Shown here one piece after another: positions 19,859 through 29,595 of a DNA stretch of 64,000 nt (within the stretch, counting starts at the first letter, position 1; each line of letters begins with the position of its first letter). The notes beneath the pieces are model-generated. The model had not been told where the DNA came from, did not search any database, and saw nothing but the letters and a program-made list of their open reading frames with translations. The stretch comes from Nibricoccus sp. Its GTDB lineage: Bacteria; Verrucomicrobiota; Verrucomicrobiia; Opitutales; Opitutaceae. The stretch is taken from NCBI GenBank assembly GCA_047602425.1, contig JASGHG010000001.1, positions 5,024,001 to 5,088,000 of the forward strand. Direction: 5' to 3'. A program made the translations under genes and the position numbers.

Positions 19859-21541
19859 GTGACCAAGAAACCTGAAACCATCACCGGGATTTTTGCTTCC
19901 CTCGTTCTGTTCGCCACGACGCTTTCCGCCGCAGTCGTCCCCAATACCGCCCTCTCCCCCGATCAGCTCGCCACGCGTTTTCTCGCCCAGGCGACGTTCG
20001 GCCCGTCCCCCGCCTCTCTCGCCGAGCTTCAGGCACTCAGCTACAATTTCGATACGTGGATCACCCAACAAGCCGCCTTGCCGCAAACCCGCGCGGTCGA
20101 CCTGTTGCTGGCCGCCAAGGCCGCGGACACGACCATCACGTCGTTCGACATGTACCAAAACCGCCGAGCCCGCAACCAGGTCATGCTTGCCGGTAGCGAT
20201 CAGTTGCGCCAGCGCGTCGCTTACGCCCTCAGCCAGATCCTCGTGATTTCCGACAACGATTCCGCCGTGGGCGACGCCCAGGAGGGTTCGAGCAGTTACT
20301 ATGACATGCTCGCGCGCAATGCCCTCGGGAATTTCCGCACGCTCCTGATGGACGTCACGCGCCATCCGATGATGGGGCGTTACCTCAGCCACTACAAAAA
20401 TCGCAAGGCTAACCCCACCACCGGCACGCGGCCCGACGAAAACTACGCGCGCGAGGTCATGCAACTCTTTACCATCGGCCTCTACAAGCTCAACGCCGAC
20501 GGCACCTACCAACTCGGTACCGACAACAAGCCGCTCGAGGTCTACACCAACGACGACATCACCGAGTTCGCCCGCGTCTTCACCGGCTTCACCGACGACA
20601 GCACCAACAACACCGGCACGGGCACCGGCCGCCTCGATTTCCCTTCCGCCTCCGCCAACTACACCGTGCAGATGCGCATGTGGGAAGGTCAGCACGACGT
20701 CGCCGCGAAAAAACTTCTCTCCTACACCGGCGCCACCAAGCCCAATCTTCCCGCCGGCCAGACCGGGCTCGTCGACGTTCAGGATGCCATCAATAACCTC
20801 GTCGAGCACCCCAACACCGCGCCGTTCATCAGCCGTCAGCTCATCCAGCGCCTCGTCACCTCCAATCCTTCCAACGCCTACGTCGGTCGCGTCGCCGCGG
20901 TCTTCGTCAACAATGGTTCCGGTGTTCGCGGCGACCTGCTCGCCGTCGTGCGCGCCATCCTGCTCGACGATGAGGCGCGCAACACGTCCTTCATCGCCGA
21001 TGCCCAGCATGGCAAACTTCAGGAGCCTTTCCTGCGCCTGACCCAGGTGATGCGTGCCACCGGTTACACCGTGACCGCGGGCACGCTGCCCTACGACTTC
21101 AGCTCGCGGTTCAACGAAAACGTCATGGGCCAGTTCCCAATGGCCTCGCCTTCCGTCTTCAATTTCTACTCCCCCGACTATGCGCCGGCCGGTCCAGTCG
21201 CCACCGCCAATCTCGTCGCTCCCGAGTTCCAGATCCTGAACTCCGTCTTCGGCGTCGCGTTCCACAACTCGATGTACAACTTCACGCAGACCAACGCCGG
21301 CAACTTCACGCTGAATCTCACCGCGCTCGAAGCCCTCGGCGGCACCCCCGCGCAGCTCATCGACCAGCTCGATCTCTACCTCACGCACGGCACGATGAGC
21401 GTCGAAACCCGCGCGGCCATCACCACCGCCGTCAACAAGGTCACCAGCGCCATCGTCTCGGCCGCCACGGTCAACATCACGCGCGCCCGCCTCGCGCTTT
21501 ATCTCACCACCATTTCGCCCGATTTCGCCGTCCTCAAATAA
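19859..21541 (+). CDS. DUF1800 family exported protein
   Basis: RFLAQATFGP, DQLRQRVAYALSQILVIS, PDENYAREVMQLFTIGL, HPNTAPFISRQLIQRLVTSNPS, SPSVFNFY. Confidence 0.92.
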   Translation: MTKKPETITGIFASLVLFATTLSAAVVPNTALSPDQLATRFLAQATFGPSPASLAELQALSYNFDTWITQQAALPQTRAVDLLLAAKAADTTITSFDMYQNRRARNQVMLAGSDQLRQRVAYALSQILVISDNDSAVGDAQEGSSSYYDMLARNALGNFRTLLMDVTRHPMMGRYLSHYKNRKANPTTGTRPDENYAREVMQLFTIGLYKLNADGTYQLGTDNKPLEVYTNDDITEFARVFTGFTDDSTNNTGTGTGRLDFPSASANYTVQMRMWEGQHDVAAKKLLSYTGATKPNLPAGQTGLVDVQDAINNLVEHPNTAPFISRQLIQRLVTSNPSNAYVGRVAAVFVNNGSGVRGDLLAVVRAILLDDEARNTSFIADAQHGKLQEPFLRLTQVMRATGYTVTAGTLPYDFSSRFNENVMGQFPMASPSVFNFYSPDYAPAGPVATANLVAPEFQILNSVFGVAFHNSMYNFTQTNAGNFTLNLTALEALGGTPAQLIDQLDLYLTHGTMSVETRAAITTAVNKVTSAIVSAATVNITRARLALYLTTISPDFAVLK

Positions 21542-21553
21542 CCGCCTCCTACC

Positions 21554-23137
21554 GTGAAAAAATCCTCCCAAGAAATTTCCCGTCGCGAATTCATCGGCCA
21601 GGCCAGCTGCGCGGGCGTCGGCAGCACCGCGGTCCTTTCCACGCTCCTCAGCCTGCGCCTCGCCAATTCCCTCGCGGCGCAGACCGTGCCCAACACCAGC
21701 GATTACAAGGCCCTCGTCTGCCTCTTCATGTCCGGCGGCAACGATTCCTTCAACATGCTCATCCCCACCACGCAGGGTGAGTACGACGCCTACGCCTCCG
21801 TCCGCGGCAACCTCGCCCTCGCCCGCGATTCGCTGCTGCACATCACCCCCGGCAACATGGGCGGCCGCACGCTCGGTATCCATCCTTCCATGACCGAGGT
21901 CCGCGACCTCTTCAATTCCGGCAACCTCGCCTTCGTCTCCAACGTCGGTTCCCTCGTTCGCCCCACCACCCTCGCCGACTACAAGGCCGGTCGCTACCGC
22001 CCGCTTTCGCTCTACTCGCACGCCGACCAGATCAAGCAATGGCAAACCTGCATGCCCGATTCCCGCACCGCCGTGGGTTGGGGTGGACGCGCCGCCGACA
22101 TCATTCGCTCCCTCAACGCGCCCAGCCTGGTTTCGATGAACATCTCCCTCGCGGGCCAGAACGTTTTCCTCACCGGCAAACAAGCCTTTACCTACAGCGT
22201 GGGCTCCGGCGGCGCCACCGCCCTAACCGGTTACAATCCCCTCACCACCACCGGCCTCACCGGCGCGCGCACCACCGCGGTCGACAACACCCTCGCCGCC
22301 AGCTACCAAAACCTTTTCGAACAATCCTACGCCGGCGCGACGCTCGACGCCGTCGAAACCTACTACGAGTTCACCAATGCCATCACGGGCATCACCATTC
22401 CGACCGCCACACCCGCCAACAATTCCCTCGCCAGCAATCTCTCGATGATCGCGAAGATCGCCTCCGCCAACGGAAAACTCGGCGCCAAGCGCCAGGTCTT
22501 CTTCGTGCAGATCGGCGGCTGGGATCACCACGACGACGTCGTCACCAAACAGGACACCATGCTCCGCGTTGTTAGCCAGGCCCTCGGCTACTTCTGGTCC
22601 GCGCTCGGCGACCTCGGCCTGCGCAACAACGTCACCCTCTTCACCGCCTCCGACTTCGGCCGCACCCTCACCTCCAACGGCAACGGCTCCGACCACGCCT
22701 GGGGCGGCAACCACCTCACCATGGGCGGCGCCGTTGCCGGTGGCTACGTGTTCGGCAACAAAGCCCAGGGCTATTATCCCAACTTCCAGAATCTCTCCAC
22801 GATCGACACCGGCCAGGGCCGCCTCATTCCCGGCGTGGCCGTCGACGAATACGCCCGTGACCTGCTCAATTGGTTCGGCATCTCCAACGCGGATCTCGAC
22901 TACGTTCTTCCAGCGTTCAGCAGCCGCTTCGGCGACCGCGAAGCCCTCGGCGTGATCGGCAAAGGCTACACCGCACCCGCCCCCGACAACAGCTCCAGCT
23001 CCGGCGGAGGCAAAAGCAGCGGTGGTGGCGGAGGTGGTGGAGCCATGAGCGGTTTGGCCACCGGCGCCGCCGGCGCCGCGTTGCTCCTCAAAATGCTCGC
23101 CGACCGCAAAGCCCGCGTAAAACAGTCCCAAGCCTGA
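21554..23137 (+). CDS. DUF1501 family Tat-exported protein
   Basis: Tat motif SRREFI, DYKALVCLFMSGGND, YSHADQ, GGWDHH, SDFGRTL..NG.GSDHAWGG. Confidence 0.92.
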   Translation: MKKSSQEISRREFIGQASCAGVGSTAVLSTLLSLRLANSLAAQTVPNTSDYKALVCLFMSGGNDSFNMLIPTTQGEYDAYASVRGNLALARDSLLHITPGNMGGRTLGIHPSMTEVRDLFNSGNLAFVSNVGSLVRPTTLADYKAGRYRPLSLYSHADQIKQWQTCMPDSRTAVGWGGRAADIIRSLNAPSLVSMNISLAGQNVFLTGKQAFTYSVGSGGATALTGYNPLTTTGLTGARTTAVDNTLAASYQNLFEQSYAGATLDAVETYYEFTNAITGITIPTATPANNSLASNLSMIAKIASANGKLGAKRQVFFVQIGGWDHHDDVVTKQDTMLRVVSQALGYFWSALGDLGLRNNVTLFTASDFGRTLTSNGNGSDHAWGGNHLTMGGAVAGGYVFGNKAQGYYPNFQNLSTIDTGQGRLIPGVAVDEYARDLLNWFGISNADLDYVLPAFSSRFGDREALGVIGKGYTAPAPDNSSSSGGGKSSGGGGGGGAMSGLATGAAGAALLLKMLADRKARVKQSQA

Positions 23138-23151
23138 CACCCGTCATCCCC

Positions 23152-23610
23152 TCCTTCTCTTTCTCTTTATCGTTCTCCTTCTTCTTTCAGAAAAAATCTG
23201 GCAGCAGCGTCGTCTCGGTACCCTCCGTCACTTGAGCGTTCAGCGTTGAACGTTCCTCCGCCCCCTCTCCGTTTCCTTCGTTATACCTCCTGTTAAATTG
23301 TTCGGCATTCGTTGCCGCCGTCCGCCTTCTCTTTCTCCTTTCAGCCCCGACTTGCTGTCGTCGCGCCCAGAGGGCAACCCGCTCCTCCAGCCCTACGCTC
23401 ACGCTCCGGGCGAGCCGCTTAACTCAATCCGCGCAGCCCCTCGACAGGCTCAGCGCCTTGAGCGAAATCGAAACGTCTCACCCTCTCCGCGCTACGCGCT
23501 CCGTCCGACCTCCGACCTCCGACATCCGGCTTCCGGTCCTCTGGCATCTGGCTTCTGTCCTCTGGCTTTCATTCTCCGTTTCCTTCATTACCTCCCGTTC
23601 AAACTGTCCA
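23152..23610. repeat. Cluster of short REP-like units (pyrimidine 6-mers, 7-mer tandems, CTCCGTTTCC..GTTACCTCCTGTT units)
   Basis: TTCTCT runs 23155-23188; TTGAGCG TTCAGCG TTGAACG at 23232; CCGACCT/TCTGGC 7-mers 23505-23567; 23421-23578 recurs at 24773-24935. Confidence 0.8.
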
Positions 23611-23676
23611 GAAGAAAACCGCGCCCTCCGTCATCCGGCTTGTCAACCGGCTAATCCCGGGTAGCCTGCAAAAGTC

Positions 23677-23988
23677 ATGTCGAAATCTGCCGCCAACGTC
23701 ACACCGAGGAGTGAAGTCTCCGCGTCCGGGGATGCTTTGCTGGCACGCCTGCGGGCAATGAAGGCGCAAGATCGGTTGGCCGCAATCGCCAACACGCTGG
23801 AGGCCATCCAATCGTCACCGACAACAGAAAACGTTTTTCTGCGCAAAACGCTCCTTCGATTGCAGGATACTACGCGTCTAGAAATCGGGGAAGTCGCCGA
23901 AACAGATCTGCATCGCGAAAACTCACCGTTCGCCAGGATGGATTTTCGCCGGGCGCATCTCACCTTCCGCAAGCGTGCCCACGCCTGA
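23677..23988 (+). CDS. Small hypothetical protein, putative antitoxin/partner of the downstream nucleotidyltransferase
   Basis: 103-aa helical ORF overlapping the next gene by 14 nt. Confidence 0.6.
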   Translation: MSKSAANVTPRSEVSASGDALLARLRAMKAQDRLAAIANTLEAIQSSPTTENVFLRKTLLRLQDTTRLEIGEVAETDLHRENSPFARMDFRRAHLTFRKRAHA

Positions 23989-24715
23989 ATCAACCACGCC
24001 GGAGGATTTCGATCCGATCTTCTCGCAAGGAGTCGTGATTGTGGGCGGACACGCCGTTAATCTATGGGCTTCTTATTACGCCGTGCGTGGTGATTCCGTG
24101 CTGGCGCAATTCGCGCCCTTCACCTCAAAAGACGCGGACATTTTTCTGCGCGATCCCTCCCTCGCGCAAGCGATCGCTGCGGCGGCTGGCTGGGAATTTC
24201 GTGGCAACCGTGAACCACGCTCACCGGTTTTGGGAATCCTCGTGATGCAGCGAAACAACGTCTCTTTGCAGGTCGACGTGATGCGCTCTGTCACCGGCCT
24301 CACCCACGATGACCTAGCGGCAACAGAATCGATCACATTCGAAAACGGCAAATCTTACTCCGTCCCTGCACCCGACGTGATGCTCAAGGCCAAGCTCGCC
24401 AATTTGCGGCAACACAACCAAGCCAATCGGCAGGACGAACGGCATGTGCGCATCCTGCTTCGTTGCTGCCGCCACTATTTGGAGGATGTCTGTGCTGCAG
24501 TGACTGCCGGGGAATTGCCGGAGCGGGAGGCCATCGAACGCTTCATGATCGTCTGGAGACTGATTTCAGCCCCAGAGGCAAAAGTTTTGGATCAGCAGTA
24601 TGGATTGGAGCTCCATACCGCCGTGCCGATCAAAGAGGCGTTAGGTGATTTGTCTTCGCTACCACGGGTCCGCGCTTTCTATCAGCATCAAGTGACCAAT
24701 GCGGGCAGCCGGTGA
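23975..24715 (+). CDS. Pol-beta-superfamily nucleotidyltransferase, AbiEii/MenT-like
   Basis: VIVGGHAV, TSKDAD (DxD), VDV third acidic residue, LKAKLAN, RQDERH. Confidence 0.7.
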   Translation: MPTPESTTPEDFDPIFSQGVVIVGGHAVNLWASYYAVRGDSVLAQFAPFTSKDADIFLRDPSLAQAIAAAAGWEFRGNREPRSPVLGILVMQRNNVSLQVDVMRSVTGLTHDDLAATESITFENGKSYSVPAPDVMLKAKLANLRQHNQANRQDERHVRILLRCCRHYLEDVCAAVTAGELPEREAIERFMIVWRLISAPEAKVLDQQYGLELHTAVPIKEALGDLSSLPRVRAFYQHQVTNAGSR

Positions 24716-24730
24716 CTACATCGTCTCCCT

Positions 24731-24935
24731 CTCCATTCCCTCCGTTATCTCCTGTTAAACTGTTCGGAAGGAAACTCAATCCGCGCAGCCCCTCGACAGG
24801 CTCAGCTCCTTGAGCGAAATCGAAACGACTCACCCTCTCCGCGCTACGCACTCCGTCCAGCCTCCGACCTCCAGCCTCCGACCTCCGGCTTCCGGCATCT
24901 GGCTTCCGGCATCTGTCCTCTGGCTTTCATTCTCC
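24731..24935. repeat. Second copy of the composite repeat (direct repeat of 23267-23305 and 23421-23578)
   Basis: AACTCAATCCGCGCAGCCCCTCGACAGGCTCAGC.CCTTGAGCGAAATCGAAACG.CTCACCCTCTCCGCGCTACGC...TCTGTCCTCTGGCTTTCATTCTCCG. Confidence 0.9.
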
Positions 24936-25182
24936 GCCCCCTCTCCCCCCTCCCCGATGGGGCAACTGCAACCCAGCTTCGTCCTCTGAGTTAAAAAAAC
25001 AAACCGCCCGCCCGTCGTATTCGCCCAGCACACAGCGCCCACTTCAACAACCCGCAACCCCTGAGCCTTCCCCATACGCCGCGCTCAACCACGTCCACAA
25101 CATTCTGCCACCGTCAAGAATCGAAGATTGCCGCTCTGCTACGATTGCACTCATCTTCTAATAACAACTTACGCGCGAGCCC

Positions 25183-28100
25183 ATGCCCATCCCTCCGTCG
25201 ATCCTCGACCGCATCGAAGTTTTTTCCCGCAACCGCGACGCCTATCTTTCGCCAGACTACAAGGAGACCGAACTCCGCCGCGAGTTCCTCGATCCGCTCT
25301 TTGACGCCCTCGGTTGGGACATCTTCAACCGCGCCGGTTACGCCGAAGACTACAAGGACGTCGTCCATGAAGACACGTTACGCATCCCCGGCGTCGGCCA
25401 TTCGTCACCCGACTACTCTTTCCGCATTGGTGGCACGCGAAAATTTTTCGTCGAGGCCAAGAAACCCTCTGTCCGCATCAAGGACGATCCCGAGCCCGCC
25501 CTCCAACTTCGCCGCTACTCCTGGTCGGCCAAGCTTCCCCTCGGCATCGTTACCGATTTCCAAGAGTTCGCCGTCTACGACACTCGCATAAAAATCCGCG
25601 AAGGCGACAAGGCCTCCGTCGCCCGCATTTTCTACTGTACCTTCGACGAGCTCGCCGAGAAGTGGGACTGGATCGCCAGCATCTTCTCCCGCGAGGTCGT
25701 GCTCCGTGGCGCGTTCGACAAGTACGCCGCCACTTCCAAGGGCAAGCGTGGCACCGCCGAGTTCGACGACGCCTTCCTCGAGGACATGGAGCGCTGGCGC
25801 AAGCTCCTCGCCGAAAACCTCGCCCTGCGCAATGCCGCCCTCACCCAGCGCGATCTTAATTTCGCCGTCCAGCGCATCCTCGACCGCATCATTTTCCTCC
25901 GCATCGCCGAGGATCGCGGCATCGAATCCTACGGACAACTCTCCGCACTCACCGCCGGGCCGAAGATTTACCCGCGTCTCTGCGAGATCTTCGAGCGCGC
26001 CGACTACCGCTACAACTCCGGCCTCTTCCACTTCGAATCCGATAAGTCCCGCGAAGAAGCCCCTGACAAGCTCACGCTCGGCCTCCACCTCGACGACGCC
26101 GTTCTCAAGGAGCTCATCTCCTCCCTCTACTACCCGAAGAGCCCCTACGCCTTCGCCGTCATCCCTGCCGACATCCTCGGTCACGTCTACGAGCAATTCC
26201 TCGGCAAGGTCATCCACCTCACCGAAGGCCACCGCGCCAAGATCGAGGAAAAACCCGAGGTCCGCAAAGCCGGCGGCGTCTACTACACGCCCACCTACAT
26301 CGTAAACTACATCGTCCGCCAGACCGTCGGCCCGCTCGTCGAGGGCAAGACGCCCAAGCAGGTCGAAAAACTCCGCGTGCTCGACCCCGCCTGCGGCTCC
26401 GGCTCCTTCCTGCTTGGCGCCTACGAATTCCTGCTCGACTGGCATCTCGACTGGTACCGCAAAAACGAACCCGAGTCCTGGGCCAAAAAGAAAAGCCCGC
26501 CCATCTACGAAACCGCCCCCAACGCCAACGGCATCGGCCAAGGGTCCAAGAACTGGCGCCTCACCACCGCCGAGCGAAAACGCATCCTCGTCAACAACCT
26601 CTACGGCGTCGATATCGACGCGCAGGCCGTCGAGGTGACGAAACTCTCCCTCCTCCTAAAAGTCCTCGAAGGCGAGGCCCGCGAGTTGCAGGGCAAGCAA
26701 CTCGATTTCCACCGCGTCCTCCCCGACCTCGGCCAGAACATTAAGTGCGGCAACAGCCTCATCGGCTCCGATTATTATTCCCAGCCCGACCTCCCCACAT
26801 TCGATGACGAGGCCCGCCTCAAGATCAACGCCTTCGACTGGGCCCACGAGTTTGCCGCGATCATGAAGTCCGGTGGCTTCGACGCCGTCATCGGAAATCC
26901 CCCGTATGGGGCAGATTTTACAGAATGCGAACTGCCTTACTTACGCAGTCACTATTCCTCGCTAACTAACTCGCTCGATTCCTTCATCATGTTTGTCGAA
27001 CAAGCGGGTAATCTTCTCGCTGCGCGGGGGCGTCTCGGCGTCATTATTCCATCTGGCTGGGTGTCTACCCCATCATCGAAAAAGCTCCGCTTGCGCTTTG
27101 CGGAGCAATACCGGCCTGAATCATTCGTTTCTCTTCCTTACGATGTCTTCAAGGGTGCATACATTGACACAATGGTCGTCGTGGCAAGCCGCCTGAAGAA
27201 AGGCACGTTGTGGAAAAACATGGAGGATCATTCTGTATCGCTGACAGTGTTTCCTATTCGCCACAAGGTGGCTGGTCCCGACGACTTTGATTCGTTTACT
27301 AAACGGGGGAATTTTCGTGACTGGCTCGCCGCAGAAGGTGCAGAATTTTTGGTGCTGTCTTCCGATGTTGAAGCTGCACTCGTTAAGCGACTCCGGGAGC
27401 TCCCAACCAACCTCGCTACCTATGCGGACGTGATGCGTGGAGTAGAAGTTTTCAATCCGCGCAATCGTCACGAGTGCAAATCCGCGAAAAGAGCATTCGC
27501 GGGGGAAATGCTTCGGTACCATTTGGACATCGGCCCCGAGTCTTACGAGAGCTACACGCCCGTTATTGAGTCATCAAAGCCGCTGCGTTTTTTTAGCGGA
27601 CCGCGAGTACTTCTTCGCCAACTCCTCAGTCGAAAATTCCGGCTTCAGGCGGTTTTTGCCAACGACGAGTTTCTCACGAACCAATCGGTTCAAAGTATTG
27701 TTCTGCGAGAGAAGATTCCGTCCACCTTTGCTCTTCTCGGAATCGTAAACTCTAAACTCCTGTCTTGGTATTTTTGTCAGATCAATCTCGTAGCTCGTCG
27801 TGATGATTTCCCTAAAACGATTATCAAGCAGACGCGCGAACTGCCTTTCCCCTCATTCGATACGCAATCGCGCAAAGCTCACGACCAACTCGTCGCCCAC
27901 GTCGAGCGAATGCTGAAGCTCCACGAAGACCTTGCCGCGGCGAAGTCGCCCGACGCGCAGACGCGCCTCCAGCGCGAGATCGCCGCGACCGACCGCGCCA
28001 TCGACCAACTCGTTTACCAGCTCTACGACCTCACGCCCGAGGAAATCGCCCTCGTCGAAGCCGCCACCGCTCCCGCTGCCAAACCGTCCGACACCGACAG

Positions 28101-28224
28101 CGACGAAGCTCTGCCCATCCTCAAATCCACCGTCCAGTCCCCGCCCGCCGCCTACATCCAAGCTGAGGCCGACGCCGCCCACACCTACTTCGTCAAAGAG
28201 GACGCGCCGCCCAAGGAGGATTGA
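25183..28224 (+). CDS. Fused restriction endonuclease/N6-adenine methyltransferase (type IIG, Eco57I/TaqI-C-like)
   Basis: PDY...FVEAKKP...QLRRY nuclease, GVYYTP, VLDPACGSGSFL, LYGVDID, FDAVIGNPPY, C-terminal IDQLVYQLYDLTPEEI. Confidence 0.92.
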   Translation: MPIPPSILDRIEVFSRNRDAYLSPDYKETELRREFLDPLFDALGWDIFNRAGYAEDYKDVVHEDTLRIPGVGHSSPDYSFRIGGTRKFFVEAKKPSVRIKDDPEPALQLRRYSWSAKLPLGIVTDFQEFAVYDTRIKIREGDKASVARIFYCTFDELAEKWDWIASIFSREVVLRGAFDKYAATSKGKRGTAEFDDAFLEDMERWRKLLAENLALRNAALTQRDLNFAVQRILDRIIFLRIAEDRGIESYGQLSALTAGPKIYPRLCEIFERADYRYNSGLFHFESDKSREEAPDKLTLGLHLDDAVLKELISSLYYPKSPYAFAVIPADILGHVYEQFLGKVIHLTEGHRAKIEEKPEVRKAGGVYYTPTYIVNYIVRQTVGPLVEGKTPKQVEKLRVLDPACGSGSFLLGAYEFLLDWHLDWYRKNEPESWAKKKSPPIYETAPNANGIGQGSKNWRLTTAERKRILVNNLYGVDIDAQAVEVTKLSLLLKVLEGEARELQGKQLDFHRVLPDLGQNIKCGNSLIGSDYYSQPDLPTFDDEARLKINAFDWAHEFAAIMKSGGFDAVIGNPPYGADFTECELPYLRSHYSSLTNSLDSFIMFVEQAGNLLAARGRLGVIIPSGWVSTPSSKKLRLRFAEQYRPESFVSLPYDVFKGAYIDTMVVVASRLKKGTLWKNMEDHSVSLTVFPIRHKVAGPDDFDSFTKRGNFRDWLAAEGAEFLVLSSDVEAALVKRLRELPTNLATYADVMRGVEVFNPRNRHECKSAKRAFAGEMLRYHLDIGPESYESYTPVIESSKPLRFFSGPRVLLRQLLSRKFRLQAVFANDEFLTNQSVQSIVLREKIPSTFALLGIVNSKLLSWYFCQINLVARRDDFPKTIIKQTRELPFPSFDTQSRKAHDQLVAHVERMLKLHEDLAAAKSPDAQTRLQREIAATDRAIDQLVYQLYDLTPEEIALVEAATAPAAKPSDTDSDEALPILKSTVQSPPAAYIQAEADAAHTYFVKEDAPPKED

Positions 28225-28227
28225 CCC

Positions 28228-28608
28228 ATGCCACACCTCGCCAAACCCCGCACCCGCCTGCCACAACTCGAACGCGAGACGCCGCTCGTCGCCATCGCCG
28301 CCGCTCGTCAGGTCCTCGAGGAAGTTTCCCGCTACCTCGACGACCCCTTGCCCACCCGCTACGCCGCCCGACTCGCCCATCGCGCCCGCGCCATCTACGC
28401 CAACTCCGCTTCCTTCCGCGCCCGCATCAAGGCCTCCGGCGACACGGGCCGCGACTGGCTTTACTTGTACATGCGCCACTGGTTCGCCGCGATCCTCAAA
28501 GCCGATTGCCCCGCGCTCTACGACCAGCTCCCGTCGAGCTTCTCCGTCGGCGAGCCACTCCCAAAATCTCGGTATCTCTCCCCGGATATTCACCAGCTTG
28601 TCGGGTAA
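28228..28608 (+). CDS. Hypothetical protein
   Basis: 126 aa, strongly host-like codons, starts 3 nt after the R-M stop; GRDWLYLYMRHW. Confidence 0.75.
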   Translation: MPHLAKPRTRLPQLERETPLVAIAAARQVLEEVSRYLDDPLPTRYAARLAHRARAIYANSASFRARIKASGDTGRDWLYLYMRHWFAAILKADCPALYDQLPSSFSVGEPLPKSRYLSPDIHQLVG

Positions 28609-28619
28609 CCCACCCCTTT

Positions 28620-29531
28620 ATGCCCAGCAATCAACCGTTCACTCTGCACATCTTCGTCGTTAACGGCGATCCGGATGGGCTACGCGTCATCGAGCGATCC
28701 AATTGGAACGGCAAGGCCGTTGTTTTCCCGCGCAGTCTTTACCCACATATCAAAAACAGGGATGAATTCTCGCACACCGGCGTCTATCTCCTGCTGGGGC
28801 CACGTGAGGATGGAGAAGGAGACGCCCTCTACATCGGTGAAGGCGATCCCGTACGCCCGCGGATCGAGAGCCACTACGTAAAAAAAGATTTTTGGACGCG
28901 CGCCGTCTTTTTCGTGGGTGGTCTGGGAAAGCTTAACAAGGCACATGTCCAATTTCTGGAAGCACAACTAGTCGCACGCGCCAAAGCAGCAAAACGCTTG
29001 CTGCTGGAAAACGGAAACGATCCCACCGAGCCCACGCTTTCCGAGGCTGACCGGGCGGCAATGGAAGTTTTCCTCGATAACATGCTAGGCATGCTTCCGG
29101 TGCTCGGGGTAGACGCCTTTGAAAAAGCAAAAGCGCCATCATCGAAAACATCCGATGACGGCGCTTTACACCCCGCCCCCGTGATCCTCACCTGCAGAGG
29201 CAAAGGCGTCATCGCAACCGGGTACGAGACAACTCAAGGTTTTCTGGTAAAAGCCTCGTCGATGGCTGTTGGACTCAAGGACGAGGCTCCATCGCTCGCG
29301 GTACACGTCCCTACAGTTTATAAAGCAAGAAGAGAGGCAATTCGTACGGGCGTACTTCAGGCGGACGGAGACCGGTTTCGTTTCGTTGAAGACTACGTAT
29401 TTAATTCGCCGTCCTTAGCCGCAGCCGTTATTTTTGGCCGCAGCGCCAATGGCCGGATCGAGTGGAAAGATTCGTCCGGTAAAACTCTCAAGCAACTGCA
29501 GATCGAACAGGCCATTCCCGCGCTCGTTTAG
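28620..29531 (+). CDS. GIY-YIG nuclease with DUF4357-like C-terminal domain
   Basis: GVYLLLG...LYIGEGD..RPRIESH...KDFW, LNKAHVQFLE, FNSPSLAAAVIFGRSANGRIEWKD. Confidence 0.88.
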   Translation: MPSNQPFTLHIFVVNGDPDGLRVIERSNWNGKAVVFPRSLYPHIKNRDEFSHTGVYLLLGPREDGEGDALYIGEGDPVRPRIESHYVKKDFWTRAVFFVGGLGKLNKAHVQFLEAQLVARAKAAKRLLLENGNDPTEPTLSEADRAAMEVFLDNMLGMLPVLGVDAFEKAKAPSSKTSDDGALHPAPVILTCRGKGVIATGYETTQGFLVKASSMAVGLKDEAPSLAVHVPTVYKARREAIRTGVLQADGDRFRFVEDYVFNSPSLAAAVIFGRSANGRIEWKDSSGKTLKQLQIEQAIPALV

Positions 29532-29595
29532 TCGAAACACTCAAACCTGCGACGACGCCACCGCTCGTCTCAGTAACCGAGTTACAAAGTACAGA

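Noticed and set aside
19814..22183. 789-aa minus-strand ORF
   Set aside because: Antisense shadow of the GC3-biased DUF1800/DUF1501 genes; no recognisable motifs.
28221..28619. N-terminal extension of the GIY-YIG ORF (436-aa version)
   Set aside because: An Arg/Pro-rich alternative frame of the 28228-28608 gene, which has the host codon bias; the nuclease starts at 28620.
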